64,000 bases of DNA, from the NCBI GenBank assembly GCA_044070495.1, contig JBIPSI010000003.1:128001-192000 (forward strand). Direction: 5' to 3'. The first letter of the stretch is position 1; each line of letters begins with the position of its first letter. The position numbers and the translations under genes were made by a program. Origin of the DNA: Spirulina sp. GTDB taxonomy: Bacteria > Cyanobacteriota > Cyanobacteriia > Phormidesmidales > Phormidesmidaceae. Shown in pieces: positions 63,473 through 64,000 of this stretch. The notes under the pieces were generated by a model. The model was not told the DNA's origin. It did no database searches and was given only the letters and a program-made list of their open reading frames with translations.

Positions 63473-63656
63473 GTAGAGGCTTTTGTCTGGGTTGACGCTT
63501 CCGCCATTCGGGGCAAACCCCGCTAAGAGGGCGTTTGAAAAGGGTTGCCTCAGGTGCGATTGGTCGCTAGATCGGTGCAAATCTACGGGATTTTTGACGA
63601 CTGAGGCTGACCTCATCGGTATAACTTGGGACGAGCTTCAGCTTTTCAAACGGCCT

Positions 63657-63998
63657 CTAAGACAGGAAAAGGCCACTTTCCGAGCAAATCCCCCGCAGGG
63701 GCCGATCCCACACATCCCTAGGCAGGCTGGGCAGACGTGCATACTCAAACACAATGCCCACCGTGGGCACATTGCGCCAGGTCGGTTGGCTCAGCATTCG
63801 GTCGTAGTATCCAGCTCCATAGCCTAGCCGATAGCCCTTCACATCGCAGGCCACCGCAGGCACCAAAATCAAATCCACTAGGCTGGCCTCCACTAGGGGC
63901 GATTCTGGGTGAGGTTCCAAAATGCCGTAGGCTCCCTTGGTGAGGGGCCAATGTCCCTGGGGTGTCCAGAGGTGCCAGGACAGAGTTTTGCCCACACA
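63657..63998 (-). CDS. 5-formyltetrahydrofolate cyclo-ligase (partial, 5' end outside window)
   Basis: YGILEP, LVPAVA, RLGYGAGYYDR. Confidence 0.92.
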   Translation of the reverse strand, partial: CVGKTLSWHLWTPQGHWPLTKGAYGILEPHPESPLVEASLVDLILVPAVACDVKGYRLGYGAGYYDRMLSQPTWRNVPTVGIVFEYARLPSLPRDVWDRPLRGICSESGLFLS

Positions 63999-64000
63999 GC

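Overview
A GC-rich chromosomal segment from a filamentous cyanobacterium, probably Nodosilinea/Leptolyngbya-like. Supporting markers are the fraCDE septal-junction operon, ndhL, PSRP-3, atpD-atpC and tRNA-Leu(UAA) with its group I intron. About 93% is housekeeping or conserved genes (gatA, ispH, argD, eno, purSQH, mtnP, trpA, thiE, cobO, pfkA, cysK, ppk1, zur, furC), interspersed with REP/REPIN and MITE-like repeats. The accessory part is 1-4259, the right end of an element integrated at tRNA-Arg(TCT), marked by an orphan 3' tRNA fragment (attR). It carries a ParM-like actin ATPase with a probable ParR partner, an orphan gene, and a small membrane protein overlapping a GGDEF-EAL gene. This element is the best candidate for a new system. 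Other notable signals are near-total absence of CGATCG (the HIP1 core) outside the element, an uncharacterised membrane gene behind tandem LexA-like boxes, a MITE with TIRs and a TSD, a dead PIN toxin, and likely foreign rsgA/GNAT and enolase genes. All calls come from reading the sequence and motif recall. No searches were run, and start codons that differ from the ORF track are my estimates.
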